Of a stretch of DNA of 64,000 bases, positions 16,115 to 29,841 are shown piece by piece. Made by a program: the position numbers and the translations under genes. Location of the stretch: positions 1 through 64,000 of the forward strand of contig CAXHJY010000050.1 in assembly GCA_964016885.1 (NCBI GenBank), in the 5' to 3' direction. How positions within the stretch are numbered: the stretch's first letter is position 1; each line of letters starts with the position of its first letter. The notes beneath the pieces were generated by a model. It was not told the origin of the DNA. It saw nothing but the letters and a program-made list of their open reading frames with translations, and did no database searches. This DNA is from Eledone cirrhosa. Its lineage: Eukaryota.

Positions 16115-16723
16115 TGGTGGCTGCCAACTCGTTTTCGAGTACGGCCACTACTTTATATCCATGTAGGAGAACCCCCACCGATGCGTTGAACGAGTGTGAC
16201 TTCTTAGTCCAGCCAGTGACTTGAAAACTCTGGTACAAACACTACACTTGTGACAATTATTGACACATAGTGCTGGGCCCATGGTACCATGTGACGACAA
16301 GTGCAGAGAGACCTCCAGATATAAAGCAATGCCTGTGCCGTGAAGCTTTTATAGTGAGCAAAGGCACTGCACAAAGCCAGTCCCACTCTCTTAACCAAGA
16401 TGATATTTACCAAAAAGAAGAACAAGTCAACATCATTGGATACCATCAGGGTTGCAGGTGTTATATCAGAGTTTTCCTTCTCCTAGAATTCTGCCTTGAC
16501 AAAGGCTAAGGGGTCATCTCTCCCGGTGATTTTGGATGGCCATTGACTCTGAAGAGCTCCTCTGCCCTTTGACAGGTTTTGTTTTTAGTCCTGCAGGATG
16601 TCCAAAGTCCCCCTCCTCACCAAGAAACCTTGGTGGGGTTGCCAGTTTAGTCGCCAACGACCCGACCATGGGACAGGTTGTACTGGGATACATGTTACCA
16701 GTAGCACCAACTGGTGACCTGAC
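16115..16723 (-). mobile_element. Non-autonomous RTE-derived bipartite element, copy 2
   Basis: RTE-like 5' UTR motif ctaggagaaggaaaactctga joined to the C2H2-encoding 3' end with no RT between. Embedded in (TA/TACA)n. Confidence 0.65.
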
Positions 16724-16821
16724 ATACATACATATATATACATACATACATATATATATATATACATACATACATATATATATATGCATACATATATATA
16801 TATACATATATATATATATAC

Positions 16822-16897
<76 letters not shown>

Positions 16898-17677
16898 TGT
16901 ACTAATATATATATATGTACCAATATATATATGTATTTATTAAGGGATATGAGTTTCTCCTTCACCTACTTGTATTTCTTTCCATATCACACAAGTTGTT
17001 CAAACATACACCTGTCAGGTTCCACGAAGAACTGGTACTGCATACTTAAGTTTTAAAAGGACAAATACTAGTTAAAAAAAACCATGAAGCAAAGAAGATA
17101 TTTTCGTTTTGAAGATAGAAGTTAAAGGATACTGTAAAAGCAGTCAACAACAAACAATAACAAATACGTGTATTATTGTTTTGTTTAGCAGAATGTCAGA
17201 GTATTGATTGATAACTGTAACTATATTGGAACTTAGAACAGCTAATAGTACCATTTTTCTTATGTTAAAACACACGAATTTGACATGTATGCTGTCAGAG
17301 AAAAAATATGACCTTCAGGCAAAATTCGTTCAAATGTAAAGCGAAACGGTTGAACTTTGTTCTGGATTAAAACAAACAAACGAGAATTGAAAATATTCCA
17401 TTTATTGAACGTAAGAATTTAATTGTTTGAACTATCAACCTGAATATCTCTTCTCAACGAAGAGATTCCTCTTGTCCTGAAGGAAATGAAGAAGGGATTT
17501 GGTTTACCCAACATCGGATTCAGTACACGTTTGGAAAAAGGAATAGGTAAGGTTATACATTTTCGAAGACCAACGAAACACATGAAACTCTATGTTGGAC
17601 CGCATAACTAGAAGCTTGCAGTTGAAGCAACAGACGTAAGTTCATTTCTTATTAATTAGTTAACCAAAGTTAACCCC

Positions 17678-18170
17678 GAGTTCAAATCCCGCCTAGGTTA
17701 ACTTTGCTTTTCATCCTTACGGGGTCGATAAAATAAAGTTCGAGTAATGCACTGGGATAATTGCTGGCTTTGTGCCAAAAGTAGAAACAATTAATTAGTT
17801 AACTAGCAAACATTGTTAACGACTCTCAACGCAAAGGAGAAATAAAAAAAAAAAAAAAAATAAACAATTTCTTGGAAATTGAATTATTATACAGTAGGAG
17901 AAAAATCTAATCTTTGTTCACAAATGTTTCACCTAATAAACTCCGAATTCACGATCATATTGATATCAACAGTTCGATTTTTTGCGCAGTTCGATTCGGT
18001 AGAGGGTCTGACGCCATGCTTTGCAACAAAGAGTTACGGCCCTTTATGGTCTGAGTTCAAATCCCGCCGAGGTTAACTTTGTCTTTCATCCTTACGGGGT
18101 CGATAAAATAAAGTACCAGTAATGCACTGGGATAATTGCTGGCCTTGTGCCAAAAGTAGAAAGAATTATT
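17678..18170 (+). mobile_element. Two SINE family A copies (~17678-17792, ~17996-18170)
   Basis: Both have the B box, the family core and the ccttgtgccaaaagtagaaa-type end. Confidence 0.85.
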
Positions 18171-19619
18171 AGCACTGACATTTTAAAGAGGTCCGTGTCT
18201 TTTGAGTCACTTGGCAAAGTTGTTAAAGTGTAATACAAAATGCCTTGTGGTATTTGTTTCGGTTCTTTGTGTTCTGAGTTTACTTCCCACCGACAACAAC
18301 TTTGTTTTGTTTTGATATAACAAAGTACTAGTCTAGGACAGTGGATTCGTGGAATTATTAGAGTGTAGATTGTTTTGGCCCTTTGCATTGTGAGTTCAAA
18401 TCACACTGTGGCCTACTTTGTTGAAGAACTTAATGGATCACTCTATTTAACACCTCGAAATGACCAGTGGATATCATTATAAAGTCCAATTGGCTGCATA
18501 GTTCAGGTTTCTAAAATTAGGACACTTTACTCTCTCTGCCACTAAGCAGTTTCAAAGTCCCTGAAAAATTTCATAGGCCCCGAATTCATTCCTCTCTCTG
18601 AATAAACAGTAAATAGAAATATTGAGAAATAAATGTCTGCAGATTTTGTTAAACATATTGCGTTCTAACGACGATTGACATATATAAATCAAAATTGTGT
18701 CAAACAGAATAAGAACAAAGAACAATAAGAGTCGAAACTAAATACTACAACTCTGCTTCAATTTTGACTGGGTACTCTACTATTTATTTCAAACGATACG
18801 CCCTCCGCCATTAAGAAATAATAGAGCAAATATCAGAGAATTTCGAGTGAAAATCATAAATATAGAATCTAAAAATATACTGAAAAATAACAAACAACGT
18901 ATTATAATGCAAGACAATATAGTATGGAAGGGTTAAAGGGTGATAATATAAGCCAGCAATTTATGGCAATAACGGAACAATGAAGATTTTGAATGATAAA
19001 ATGAAATAGCCAGCCTGGAAATATTTTTAATGACATTAACAGAATAAAAATAAAAATCTAAAGAAAATATATGAAATATTAAAAAATGAAAAAAAAAAAA
19101 AATATCACAACGAAAATAAATAAATAAATGAATAAATAAATAAATAAATAAATAAAAGGGTATAGGAAATTTGAAATTATAGAAGATTACGTGCTTCAAA
19201 AAAAAAAAAAAAAAATCTAATCTGACAAATAAACGAACGAGCACAAAGAATCTCAAAATATGTCAGGTTATAAATATGAAATATTTCATTCAAAATAAAA
19301 TCTTTCAAGTTTGAAAAATATTCATAAAAAAACTTCTACCCCCTACCCCATTTCATCAAAGTATAAAATTAAACAAAAAGATTTCTAAATGTTTGGTAAA
19401 AGACCAGTGGAGATATAGTAGACCACAGATTATATAACTTGATGAAAACTGAAGAAAAATGTTTCATACACCTCTCCAAAATTAAAGTAAACTTTGAAAA
19501 GGAAGGAAAGGTGAATGAAGTGTAAATCATTCGTAGAAGATAGTATTTATCGATAAGGAAATCAATATGTCTAATATACGTTTTCAAACTATATAAAGTT
19601 AAGGTTTTCTTACTTATAC

Positions 19620-20243
19620 TAACAATGGTTTCTGATTTAGACACAAGGTCAACTATTTTACTGGTGAGGGGAAAGTCGATTAAGTCAACGCCTTTGTTTT
19701 ATTGGTGTTTTATTTTATCAACCTCGTAAGGATGAAAGGCAAAGCTAACCTCGGCTGGATTTGAACTCAAACGGTAAAGAAACGTAACTATATGCCACAA
19801 AGCATGTTGACCAACGCTCTACCGATACTACCAATCCACCGCCTTTACTAATAATTGTTTCTACTTTTGGCACAAGGCCAGCAATTACCCAGTGCATTAT
19901 TTTATCGACCCCGTAAGGATGAAAGGCAAAGTTAACCTCGGTCGGATTTGAACTCAGAATGGCAAGGGCCGTAACTCCATACGTCAAAGCATGGCGTCCG
20001 ACCCTCTACCGATACTGCCAATTAATAATGGTTTCTTATATAGGCACAAGGCCAGCAATTTTGGGGGAGGGAAAGTCGATTAAATCGACCCCAGTGCGTG
20101 ACTGGTACATTATTTTATCGACCCCGTAATGATGAAAGGCAAAGCTAACCTCGGCGGGATTTGAAATCAGAACTTAAAGGGCCGTAACTCTTTGCTGCAA
20201 AGCATGGCGTCCGACCCTCTACCGATACTGCCAATCGACCGCC
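19620..20243 (-). mobile_element. Cluster of three head-to-tail SINE family A copies
   Basis: Three reverse-complement copies of the A box, B box and core (~19620-19845, 19853-20022, 20026-20243). Confidence 0.9.
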
Positions 20244-20344
20244 TTTAATAATAATGTGCCTAATGCCTGCCGTGGTGAAATATGCATTGAAGTTCTATCG
20301 ATTTAAGATTACGTGGACTTCACCATTAAGGATTGAGTTGTGAA

Positions 20345-20677
20345 GGCGCATAGCTTAGTGGTTAGAGCATTGGGCTTGCAATCGAAAGGTTGTGAGTTTA
20401 ATTCTCGGACCGGGTGATGTGTTGTTTCCTTGAGTAAGACACTTTATTTCACATTGCTCCAGTTTAAGCAGCTGTAGAAATGAGATGATAGAGACTGGGG
20501 TCCCTATCATTCCACTGCAAAGTGGTTGTGTAGGCGCCACCGCAAAAAAGCACCCACCACTCACTGCAAATGAGGTTGGTGTTAGGAAGGGCATCCAGCT
20601 GTAGAAATCAAGCCAGAATCAGTTCCCATCCCACCCTTGCAAGCAGGGAAAAGTGGACGTAAAATGATGATGATGAT
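20345..20677 (+). mobile_element. tRNA-derived CORE-type SINE family B
   Basis: A box tagcttagtggttaga, B-box-like gagtttaattc, CORE-like tgttgtttccttgagtaagacacttta, (GAT)n tail. Confidence 0.8.
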
Positions 20678-21689
20678 AAGCAAAAGGGATATTCAATTTG
20701 TTGGTAATTCAACAAATATAAATGTTAATAACTGATTCAGAGCACTCAACAGTTTTTCGTATTAGAAACAATTAATAATTGTAAATTATTTCTATTTCTA
20801 TAATACTAATACATGCACAATTATTAATCTATATAGATATTTATATACATATAACCTATTGTAATGTAATAAGATAAAAATACTTATAACCATAATTCTT
20901 CATATAATCTAATTGATTCATCATCATCATCATCATCATCTTCGTTTAACGTCCATATATACAATATTATAACTCATAATATAGGTAAATAAATTTAAAT
21001 TTAAACTCTGGAATCATATTCCACCTTTTCCCCCAAATTAACGTAAATACAAACTCTTCTTCATTTTTCTTCTACGCATACATACACATATCATAATTAT
21101 TTAAATTCTCCATAGCGTCTAAAATAACGTTTTTTCAACATCATTTGCATACTCATCTTAACAATTTGAAATATCTGACTTTGCTCCAGTTTACTCAGCT
21201 GTAGAAATGAGATGATAGGACTGGGATCCCTATCATTAAATCACCAAAGACACCTCCAACGAGATATACCTTGGAGGAGGCCAGCTAAACCTGCATAGGT
21301 GTGAGCTGTAACAACAACAACAACCATTAAGGATTGAGTTAGTTGTTTCGGCTCTTTTCGCCCTCAGTTCAAATCCTGCCAAGATTCATAAAAAGTATCA
21401 GTCCAGTACTGGAGTCGATTCTTCTTCTACATCTCTTTCTCAATTTCTTCATCCCTCTCTATTACTCTCGCTCTCCCTCTATTTCTCTTTCCCCCTCTTT
21501 CTCCATTTCTAGAAGGTGGGTGGTGGTGGTGGTGGTGGTGGTGGTCTGTAACGTTTACAATACCACTAAGACAAGTTTGTTGATATCCACATATTACAAA
21601 TACGTACAGACACAAACACACATATATATATACATGCGTAATTATGTCTCTTTATTTCTCTCTCTCTCTCTATATATATATACGTACAG

Positions 21690-21720
<31 letters not shown>

Positions 21721-21743
21721 TATAAATATATACGTATGTATGA

Positions 21744-21782
<39 letters not shown>

Positions 21783-21805
21783 TATAAATATATACGTATG
21801 TATGA

Positions 21806-21895
<90 letters not shown>

Positions 21896-21923
21896 GAATA
21901 TAAATATATACGTATGTATGAAT

Positions 21924-21954
<31 letters not shown>

Positions 21955-21955
21955 C

Positions 21956-22092
21956 ATAGGAACAAGTAGGACGCCGACGGCTGAGCTCAAGCCGTCGGGG
22001 TCCTACTTGTTCCTATTACCCACTCTACTACCCCAAGTATTGAGTACTTTGGTGCGTTATGGTCCATCTGGTTCCTTACCACATTTCCTTCG

Positions 22093-22095
<3 letters not shown>
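21956..22095 (+). mobile_element. PLE-like 3' remnant with fold-back arm, HHR family 6
   Basis: Reverse-complement homolog of 51910-52027, with a 60-bp hairpin at 21956-22015. Flanked by TA arrays. Confidence 0.75.
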
Positions 22096-22134
<39 letters not shown>

Positions 22135-22719
22135 ACGTAATAATTTAATCATTGACCAATCTAAAACATAATCTATATCGCAGCTTGTTCTTTAGTATTT
22201 ATCTACAAAGGAATGTCATAGTTTCTTACGTTAACTATAATAGTTGTAGAAATATTCCATATATTTTTAGCCCTACACGTTTATTAGATACTATTATATA
22301 TAAAGAATGAAGAAACGCAAGTCATCCTTAGAGAAAATTACTTGATAATCTCAAAGTATTAGAAAGAAAAAATAACTTTTATTATTTTGGGATAAAATCA
22401 CAAAAGTCATTCATGCAAATGGTTAGAGAACGGAAATAGAAGTAAACAAATGATACAGTGTGAAATTACTTTCGTCATAAACCAATTACTGACATAGAAC
22501 AACATAATAGGGAAAAGCATATATCAAAAAATCAGAAATCGAAAATCATAGGAGAAACAAAGTGAAAAATGTCTCATTTATTTACGTATAATATATTTGT
22601 GAGGCAAGAAGGAGATTACTCTGCCTTGATGGGAATACCGTTATCAGATGGAGAACTCTTGGTATAGTAGTTTGTTTTATCAATAGCTTGTCTTTTAATG
22701 TCTACTGAAAATACAAGCT

Positions 22720-23215
22720 TCTTCTTCTTCTTCTTCTTCTTCTTCTTCTTCTTCTTCTTCTTCTTCTTCTTCTCCTTCTTCGCCAACTTATTCCAGAGAG
22801 GGTCGTGGGTGCAGAGTCCTAAAACATTCCTTCCAGCAGGTCCTGTCATAAGCAACCATCTCCAACCGATCTGGCCTGATCCCCAAGTAAGACCACTTAT
22901 TCCTGAGAGGGTTGTAGGTACAGAGACCTCTACCCGGAGCGACTCTTGGATCTCCGAGATACGCACTCTATCGAAAAACGTTACTCGAAAGACCCTTTCG
23001 ATGAATCTTATTTCGGTCGCTTGTATTCATGATCGTATTCTTTCGGTCATTACCTAAGATTCATAACCATAGGGAAGGGTTGGCACGAATACCGAATTGA
23101 AGAAATTGAGTTTAGCTTTTACACCTACCTCCTTTCTCAGTACTGAACGCCGGTGCTGGGGTATTACTGCACCAGTTCCTGAAATTCTTGCACTTAATCC
23201 AGCCTCCTATCTTCA
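22720..23215 (-). mobile_element. RTE-clade LINE 3' fragment with (GAA)n tail
   Basis: Reverse-complement homolog of 46045-46677. (CTT)n at ~22718-22780. Confidence 0.8.
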
Positions 23216-23312
23216 ACCACTAAATACAAGCTATTCTGCTATATTATCAGAACATGCTGGAATTGAACCAATATCCCATTCTAGCTAATGTATCTCCCTA
23301 ACATCAGATATA

Positions 23313-23918
23313 ATAATTGTTTCTACTATTGGCACAAGGCCAGCAATTACCCAGTGTATTACTGGTACTTTATTTTATTGACCCCGTAAGGATGAAAGGC
23401 AAAGTTAACCTCGGCGGGATTTGAACTCAGAATGGCAAGGGTCGTAACTCTATGCGTTAAAAGCAAGGCGTCCGGCCCTCTACCGATACTGCCAATTCAC
23501 ATAATAATGCTTTCTGATTTAGGAACAAGGCCAAAAATTTGGGGAGAGGTGGGAATAGTCCTAATGTTTAATAAATCGACCCTAGGTACTTTATGTTATC
23601 GACTCCGTAAGGTGGAATGTCAGAGCTAATCTCTGTGGGATTTAAACTCAGAACGTAAAAGGCCATAACTACATACTTCAATGTATGTTTCTGTAACAAA
23701 ACAATATATAAACAACCGACCCAACAGAGCGTAGATATTACATCTTCAAAACTTTGCAACTATTATATCAGAAGTATAGAGTGATGTATTGGCAGGATCG
23801 GTAGAGCTCCGGACAAAATGCTTTCCAATATTTAGTTATGGCCCTTTACATTCTGAATTCAAATCCCACTGAGGTTAGCTTTGCCTTTCATCCTTACAGT
23901 GTCGATAAAATAAAGTAC
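23313..23918. mobile_element. Three SINE family A copies (23313-23496 -, ~23508-23680 -, ~23788-23918 +)
   Basis: Family A core and B box in each. Confidence 0.8.
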
Positions 23919-23920
23919 TT

Positions 23921-24123
23921 CTACAATGGTTAGTTGAAAAGTTTATAGTCTGACCAAGATACTCTCATGGAATGACCAAATGAGGTTTATATTTCAACAT
24001 AGTCCCTGGAAAGAAACAATGCAGCTTTTAATGAGAAGCGTTTAAATTAATGGATGCAAGATTTCACAGCTCTAGCATTACTTGTTCATAGTCAGGCTAT
24101 GAACTTTTCAGCCGACCCTCGTA
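23921..24123. mobile_element. Mariner-type MITE
   Basis: TA-caatggttagttgaaaagtttatagtctgac ... gtcaggctatgaacttttcagccgaccctcg-TA, giving imperfect ~30-bp TIRs with TA ends. Confidence 0.8.
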
Positions 24124-24739
24124 CAATGGTCATATCACGTTTCGAGTTGGAAAACTATAAAATATCAAAGTTTAACTGTTGGTTTTTCGGAAAAATAATT
24201 TTTTTTTGATTTTACATCATCATTTAAATGTCGTAAAGGTTTGCGAAATAATTTAAAACTTTATTTAGACACAATGGAGGCTATTGATTATTCTGCGATC
24301 AAAAGCATAGACCTGAAGATCAAAATTCCAATTTTAATATTCTTTCATAAAACCAATCCCAATCTTGAATTTAAAACATATTGGACCTCAGTAAACATTT
24401 ATTTACATTTTTTTATGGCTAAGAATTAGGAATTTATTAAAAATGCATATTTGCAATATATATTTGTTCACAGCCATATTTATATACACACACATTTGTG
24501 CATATAATTTCATTTTAGTATAATAGAATTTCCAGCATGTAAATTATTTTCAAATTTATCATTGAATCGATAGACGCTGACTTTTGACTGACGCTGAAGA
24601 ACTTGAAATAAATTGCAAAGTGGAACTCGCTTTCGATTTCTGGTCGGTGTCAGTTTACTCGACAACTACCATTACTAATGCTGTTTAGAAAGGGGCGATA
24701 CAGGTTCATTTCTCATTTCTGTGATATATGGCACTAATA

Positions 24740-25125
24740 CAGATCAGTCAACTCTCCCATCGGACGAGGAGATCTCTCACCAACTTTGGGGTGGCTGAGA
24801 GATGTCTTCTCTTGTGTAAATGAGTATAGCTCTCATTATGTAAAATGGATTGGCAGTATCGGTAGAGGCTCGGAGGCCATGCTTTGAAGCATAGATTACC
24901 TCCCTTTATGATCTGAGTTCAAATCCCACCGAGGTTAACTTTGCCTTTCATCCTTACAGGGTCGATAAAATAAAGTACCAGTAATACACTGGAATAATTG
25001 CTGGCCTTGTGCCAAAAGTAGAAACAATTTTGTAAAATCTCCCCATTTTGCCTCATTTCTACCCGTTTTGGGGCACTTATTTTCAACCTTATCCCCATTT
25101 GGGTTTTTAGAGATTGGCAGGTCTG
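24740..25125. mobile_element. CAGACCTG-TIR MITE with a nested SINE A (24847-25030)
   Basis: Homologous to 25977-26170. MITE TSD is ctaata and SINE TSD is tgtaaaat. Confidence 0.85.
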
Positions 25126-25279
25126 CTAATATATCTTTATGTCTGAGAACTTCAATCTGTTGCTGGTTTTGCACTTTAGCTCCATGTGTGCCACGATCAA
25201 GAAATGCTATGATAAAAGACGTTTATTTGTATATCAGGAAATATAGTCTAAGGTGTCTTTTATTTATAAAGAGTTTTAA

Positions 25280-25590
25280 GGCGCGTGACTTTGTGGTTAG
25301 GGTATTCGGATCACAATTGTAAGGTTTTGAGTTCGAGTCCGGGCGGTGTGTTACGTCCTTGAGCAAGACACTTTATTCCACGTTGCTCCAATCCACTCAG
25401 CTGGCAAAAATGAGTTGTACCTGCAATTCGAAGATATAGGCTTGTCACATTCTGTGTCACACTGAATCTCAACTACGTTAAGGTACAAGTGTTTGTGGAA
25501 TGCTCAGCCACTTACATATTAATTTCACGAGCAGACTGTTCTGTTGATCGGATCGACTGAAACACTCATCGTCGTACCGACAGAGTGCCT
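25280..25590 (+). mobile_element. SINE family B
   Basis: B box gagttcgagtcc and CORE-like ccttgagcaagacacttta. Confidence 0.8.
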
Positions 25591-25976
25591 TAGTTATTAA
25601 GTTTGTAATGTGTGGGAGGGATGCTCAGCTGTTATTTTCAGCAATTTGATATTCCTTGCTGATTGGAGATTCAAATGGATTTAATCTAAAGTGACATTAA
25701 CATCACGTTCCTAATAACAAGCCCAAGGAAAAAGATGATTAGAAACCAAACAAATCTATCAGAATCGAATTTATGTGAAAAAATCAGATTATCTGAACAT
25801 TTTTCTCATTACAAATTGGATCACGAGAGAATAGAATAATGATGAAGAAAGTTTAAAACATAGAATGTTAAATGTAAGCATACAAATAATCTTCGAATGT
25901 ACAAGAGGCAGATTTTAAAATTTAGTTCACTGAGATATTGTTCGGCTAAAATATCCGACACTTCACATTTATAATG

Positions 25977-26170
25977 CAGACCTGTCAACTCTCTCCGTCC
26001 GACGGGGAGATCTCCCACCCACTTTGGGGTGGGTGAGAGATGTCTTTTCTTGTAAAAATTGGTATAGCTTTCATTATATAAAATCTCCCCAATTTGCCTC
26101 ATTTCTCCCCGTTTTGGGTCACCTTTTTAATAGTACTCCACGTTTAGGTTTTTAGAGGTTGGCAGGTCTG
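25977..26170. mobile_element. MITE with CAGACCTGTCAAC/GTTGGCAGGTCTG TIRs (hAT-like)
   Basis: 13-bp TIR with 1 mismatch. Flanking direct repeat is tataatg. Confidence 0.88.
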
Positions 26171-26600
26171 TATAATGTCTCCTTTAATATTCTAACATTA
26201 GGATTTAGGTTGCAACATTAACTCTAATTACAATTAAAGGAAACTATAGAATGTCTCAGAAACAATAGGTGGGCTATTAGAGCAACAGAATGGCCACTAT
26301 AGCAGTCGCTAAAGATAAGATGGCGTGAAGATCTGACTCGATACCTCAGTCTCATATAGCCTCGTATGGCCAGAGATAGGAAGCGTTAGAGGTCAACAAA
26401 AGAGGGGTTTTTTTTCAACAGAAATGAGAAGACCCTGGATTTGGATTTGGGTAGATGGGATTAACAGGTGATATTTTCAAAAATGAGATACACATGAATT
26501 CACACACTCAGACGTCAGATAGCTGACTTGCTAAAAAGGAATCAATAGAATAGATGTAACAGACGCCAAGTATACATACCCTCCTAATTACATCTATAAT

Positions 26601-26778
26601 GGTTTGGCAGTATCGGTAGAGCATCAGACTCCATGCTTTGCAGCATAGTTATGGCCCCTTGCGTTCTGAGTTCAAATCCGCCGAGGTTAACTTTGCCTTT
26701 CATCTTTACGAGGTCGATAAAATAAAGTACATGTGATGCACTGGGGTAATCGCTGGCCTTGTGCCAAAAGTAGAAACT
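26601..26778 (+). mobile_element. SINE family A
   Basis: A and B boxes and core. Flanked by a ctaattacatcta direct repeat. Confidence 0.88.
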
Positions 26779-27775
26779 CTAATTACATCTATACTATACA
26801 ACTATCCACACTAGATAAAATATTGATTAGATGAATGGCCTGATGTAACCAATGCAGCATTATAGAATTCACGACGACGTGTTCTCTTTTCAAAGCCATT
26901 TTTTTTACAATGGAAGAACTTTATCTCTCATCCCCTGAACGATACAGAACACAGAGAAAAAACTCTATTAATAATTTTGATTCGGAATAAACAAACAAAA
27001 ATGGATTCAGTTCTACTCGGTAATGGGAACAACGAAAGCTGCATTTTAATTCAACATTTACCATATCTGGAAGCGTTAATAAAAAAATAGCCTTTTTAGT
27101 GAGAATATTGTGATCTAGCAATAAAAATATTGAAGTTAGAATATCCAGTTTGATAAAAATTAGAACTCTATAAAATATAGAATTCAAGATATTAATAGTA
27201 TGCAAAGTTCTTTTGTGGAAAAAAAAAAAAAAAAAAAAAAAATATATGCAAAGAAAGTTAAGGTTATTTAGAAAATATTTGTATTAATTCTAGGAAATAA
27301 TTTTAAAGGCAATGCATGACTAAAAAGTAAAAAGAAGTAATAAATGTCAAAAATAATCCATTATTTTCGAGCGAAAAATATTTTCGAGAAGTTTTGAGAT
27401 TTATTGCAAGGCTGCTTATCCAGAGAAATCTTATTTAGAATTTCCCAAGTAACAAGAAATAATATTTTTTTCAACATAGAGTTGATAATATTTTATTTCT
27501 TTAATAGTTGGCAATTAATGTTTCTTCTTATATTATCGATTCTGATTTATCTTGGAGCAGATACAGAACTTGGAAAATTCTAATTAGTGATATAAGGAGA
27601 CAAGGTAGAGATCAAATATCTTATAGTAGCTTTGGTATAGTTGTATCTTTAATAGGTATGTTGACTATGGTTATATCGATTTCTAACTTAGATACTGGGC
27701 CAGAGAATTTGGGTAACGATAATTAGATGGAATAGACACACTAGTGCTTGAGTGTTACTCTATTTTATAGAATCT

Positions 27776-27962
27776 GGAATTGACAGTATCGGTAGAGGGT
27801 CGGACACCATGCTTTCCAGCATAGAGTTATGCCCTTTATGGTCTGAGTTCAAATCCCTCCGAGGGTAACTTTGCCTTTCATCCTTACGGGGATCGATAAA
27901 ATAAAGTACCAGTAATGCACTAAAAAAATTGCTGGCCTTGTGCCAATAGTAGAAACAATTAT
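27776..27962 (+). mobile_element. SINE family A
   Basis: A and B boxes and core. Confidence 0.88.
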
Positions 27963-28121
27963 TTTGACTATCAATTATGATAACAGACCTTTATGACACC
28001 CAAATGAAAAACTAAGATCCTTACTTCTAGTAAACAATCCGTTCTTCACAATGTTATATTTTTATGCTTCATGTAAAAAATTAGCACTCCATCGGTTAAG
28101 ATGATGAGTGCTCCAGTTGAT

Positions 28122-28400
28122 ACGATCTACGCAAAATTCTGTTCAGGCAATTAACGTGCGAGTGGCTGAGTATTCCACAAACACACGTACCATTAACATA
28201 GTTGTCAGGGATATTCAATGTAACACAAAATGTGACAAGGCTGGCCCTTCGAATTATAGGTACAACTCATTTTTGCCAGCTGAGTGTATTGGAGCAGTCT
28301 GAAATAAAGTTTCTTGCTCAAGGACACAACGTGCCACCGGGAATCGGACTCATGAACTTGGGATCATGAAGAGAATACCCCAACCCATAACCCACACACT
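28122..28400 (-). mobile_element. SINE family B
   Basis: Reverse complement of the 25280-25590 type sequence. Confidence 0.75.
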
Positions 28401-28619
28401 TCATTATACTATCTGTATATTTTTGATAATATGGCAACTTTTAGTCACTGATGATGATGGAATGTTGGAATGTAGAGAAGTGACACGCATATATGTGTGT
28501 GTGTGTGTGCGTGTGTGTGTGTGTGAAACTGATGGGTGCAGTTTAGTAATAATAGTTAATAAATTAGTATAATAATATCTACACTGACTGATAAAATGAG
28601 AAGTCAGTCAATCATATTG

Positions 28620-28772
28620 GTGGCCACAACCCCGGCGGACAGAATGGAGGAGGTGTTTCCCCGGAGCCATTCCAGCTCGCGAGGCTCACACCTGCGGATG
28701 GCCAGCTCAGCGCCTATTGTGGTGAGTAGGGAGGTAGCCCTAGGGCCGAGGACACCAGAAGTCTCCACTGCC
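28620..28772 (-). mobile_element. CRE-like LINE 3' fragment
   Basis: Minus strand reads AVETSGVLGPRATSLLTTIGAELAIRRCEPRELEWLRGNTSSILSAG. Homolog of 5370-5540. Confidence 0.65.
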
Positions 28773-29544
28773 AGTCAAATATTTGTGAAGTTCGCTTCCC
28801 AATAATTACATCCCATGTTCGATTTTACTGCTTGTCATCTTGAGAAACTGTCATTTATCATAGTCTCGTGTCGACCCATATCTTGCGAGTGACATTATAT
28901 ATAGAGAAACTGTTTGGAAGTTCATTAGATGAACTGTACCTTAAATTCAAACGGCCAAACTTGTCAGACGCTATGTCACGCTGGAGTGTCCTGAGACGCT
29001 AGGGGTACACTTGTCCCTAAAATGGTCAGCCGTGCACACATTAATAGTATGAGCATACTGTTCTGTCACTAAAAAGAAAATACACTGGAACATTCATCAT
29101 CGATACAGACGGAAGTCCATAAAATTTAGACACAGTATCAAAGGGGTGCTAGTAAGGATTTCTTAGATCTACATATTCTAAACTGTGTTTAGTATTTACC
29201 AAAATAGATGATTCCCACAAACAACTAAAATTTGTTTTCATATTTGTTAAAGAAGTGTTGCCTATGATAATTACACTTTAATTAATAACTTGTAAGATAA
29301 AAGCATCGGAAATATGGTTTGATTACATTATTTAATTAGAAAACTATATTAAATTAGCTTCCAGTTAGTATTAATTTGCTTCGTGACTGTTTTAACATAT
29401 TTCGAGATTATCTTAATTTGTTTCAGAAATTATTTTAATTTGAGTTGGTTTTATCTTAACTGGCTTTAAGATTATTCTAATTTGTATATGGATATGTGTA
29501 TGTATAGTCGATTGAATCAACTCTGTAAACCATTCATTATAGTT

Positions 29545-29841
29545 AATTATGTCCCTTTACAATCTGAGTTCAAATCCCGCCGAGGTTGACTTTGCCTTTC
29601 ATCCTTACGGGGTCGATAAAATAAAGTACCAGTAATGTACTTACTAATTGCTGGCCTTGTGCCTAAAGTAGAGACAATTATAGTTAATTATGCTTACTAG
29701 TATAGTTACGTCCCTTTACGTTCTGAGTTCAAATCCCGCCGAGGTTAACTTTGCCTTTCATCCTTACGGGGTCGATAAAAAAATAAAGTACCAGTAATGT
29801 ACTGAGTAATTACTGGCCTTGTGCCAAAAGTAGAAACAATT
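29545..29841 (+). mobile_element. Two tandem 5'-truncated SINE family A copies
   Basis: Two B box plus core units, separated and flanked by tagttaatta repeats. Confidence 0.85.

Noticed and set aside
17420-17640. Exon-like segment ending in gtaagt
   Set aside because: No clear acceptor, no frame open up to the donor and no recognisable product.
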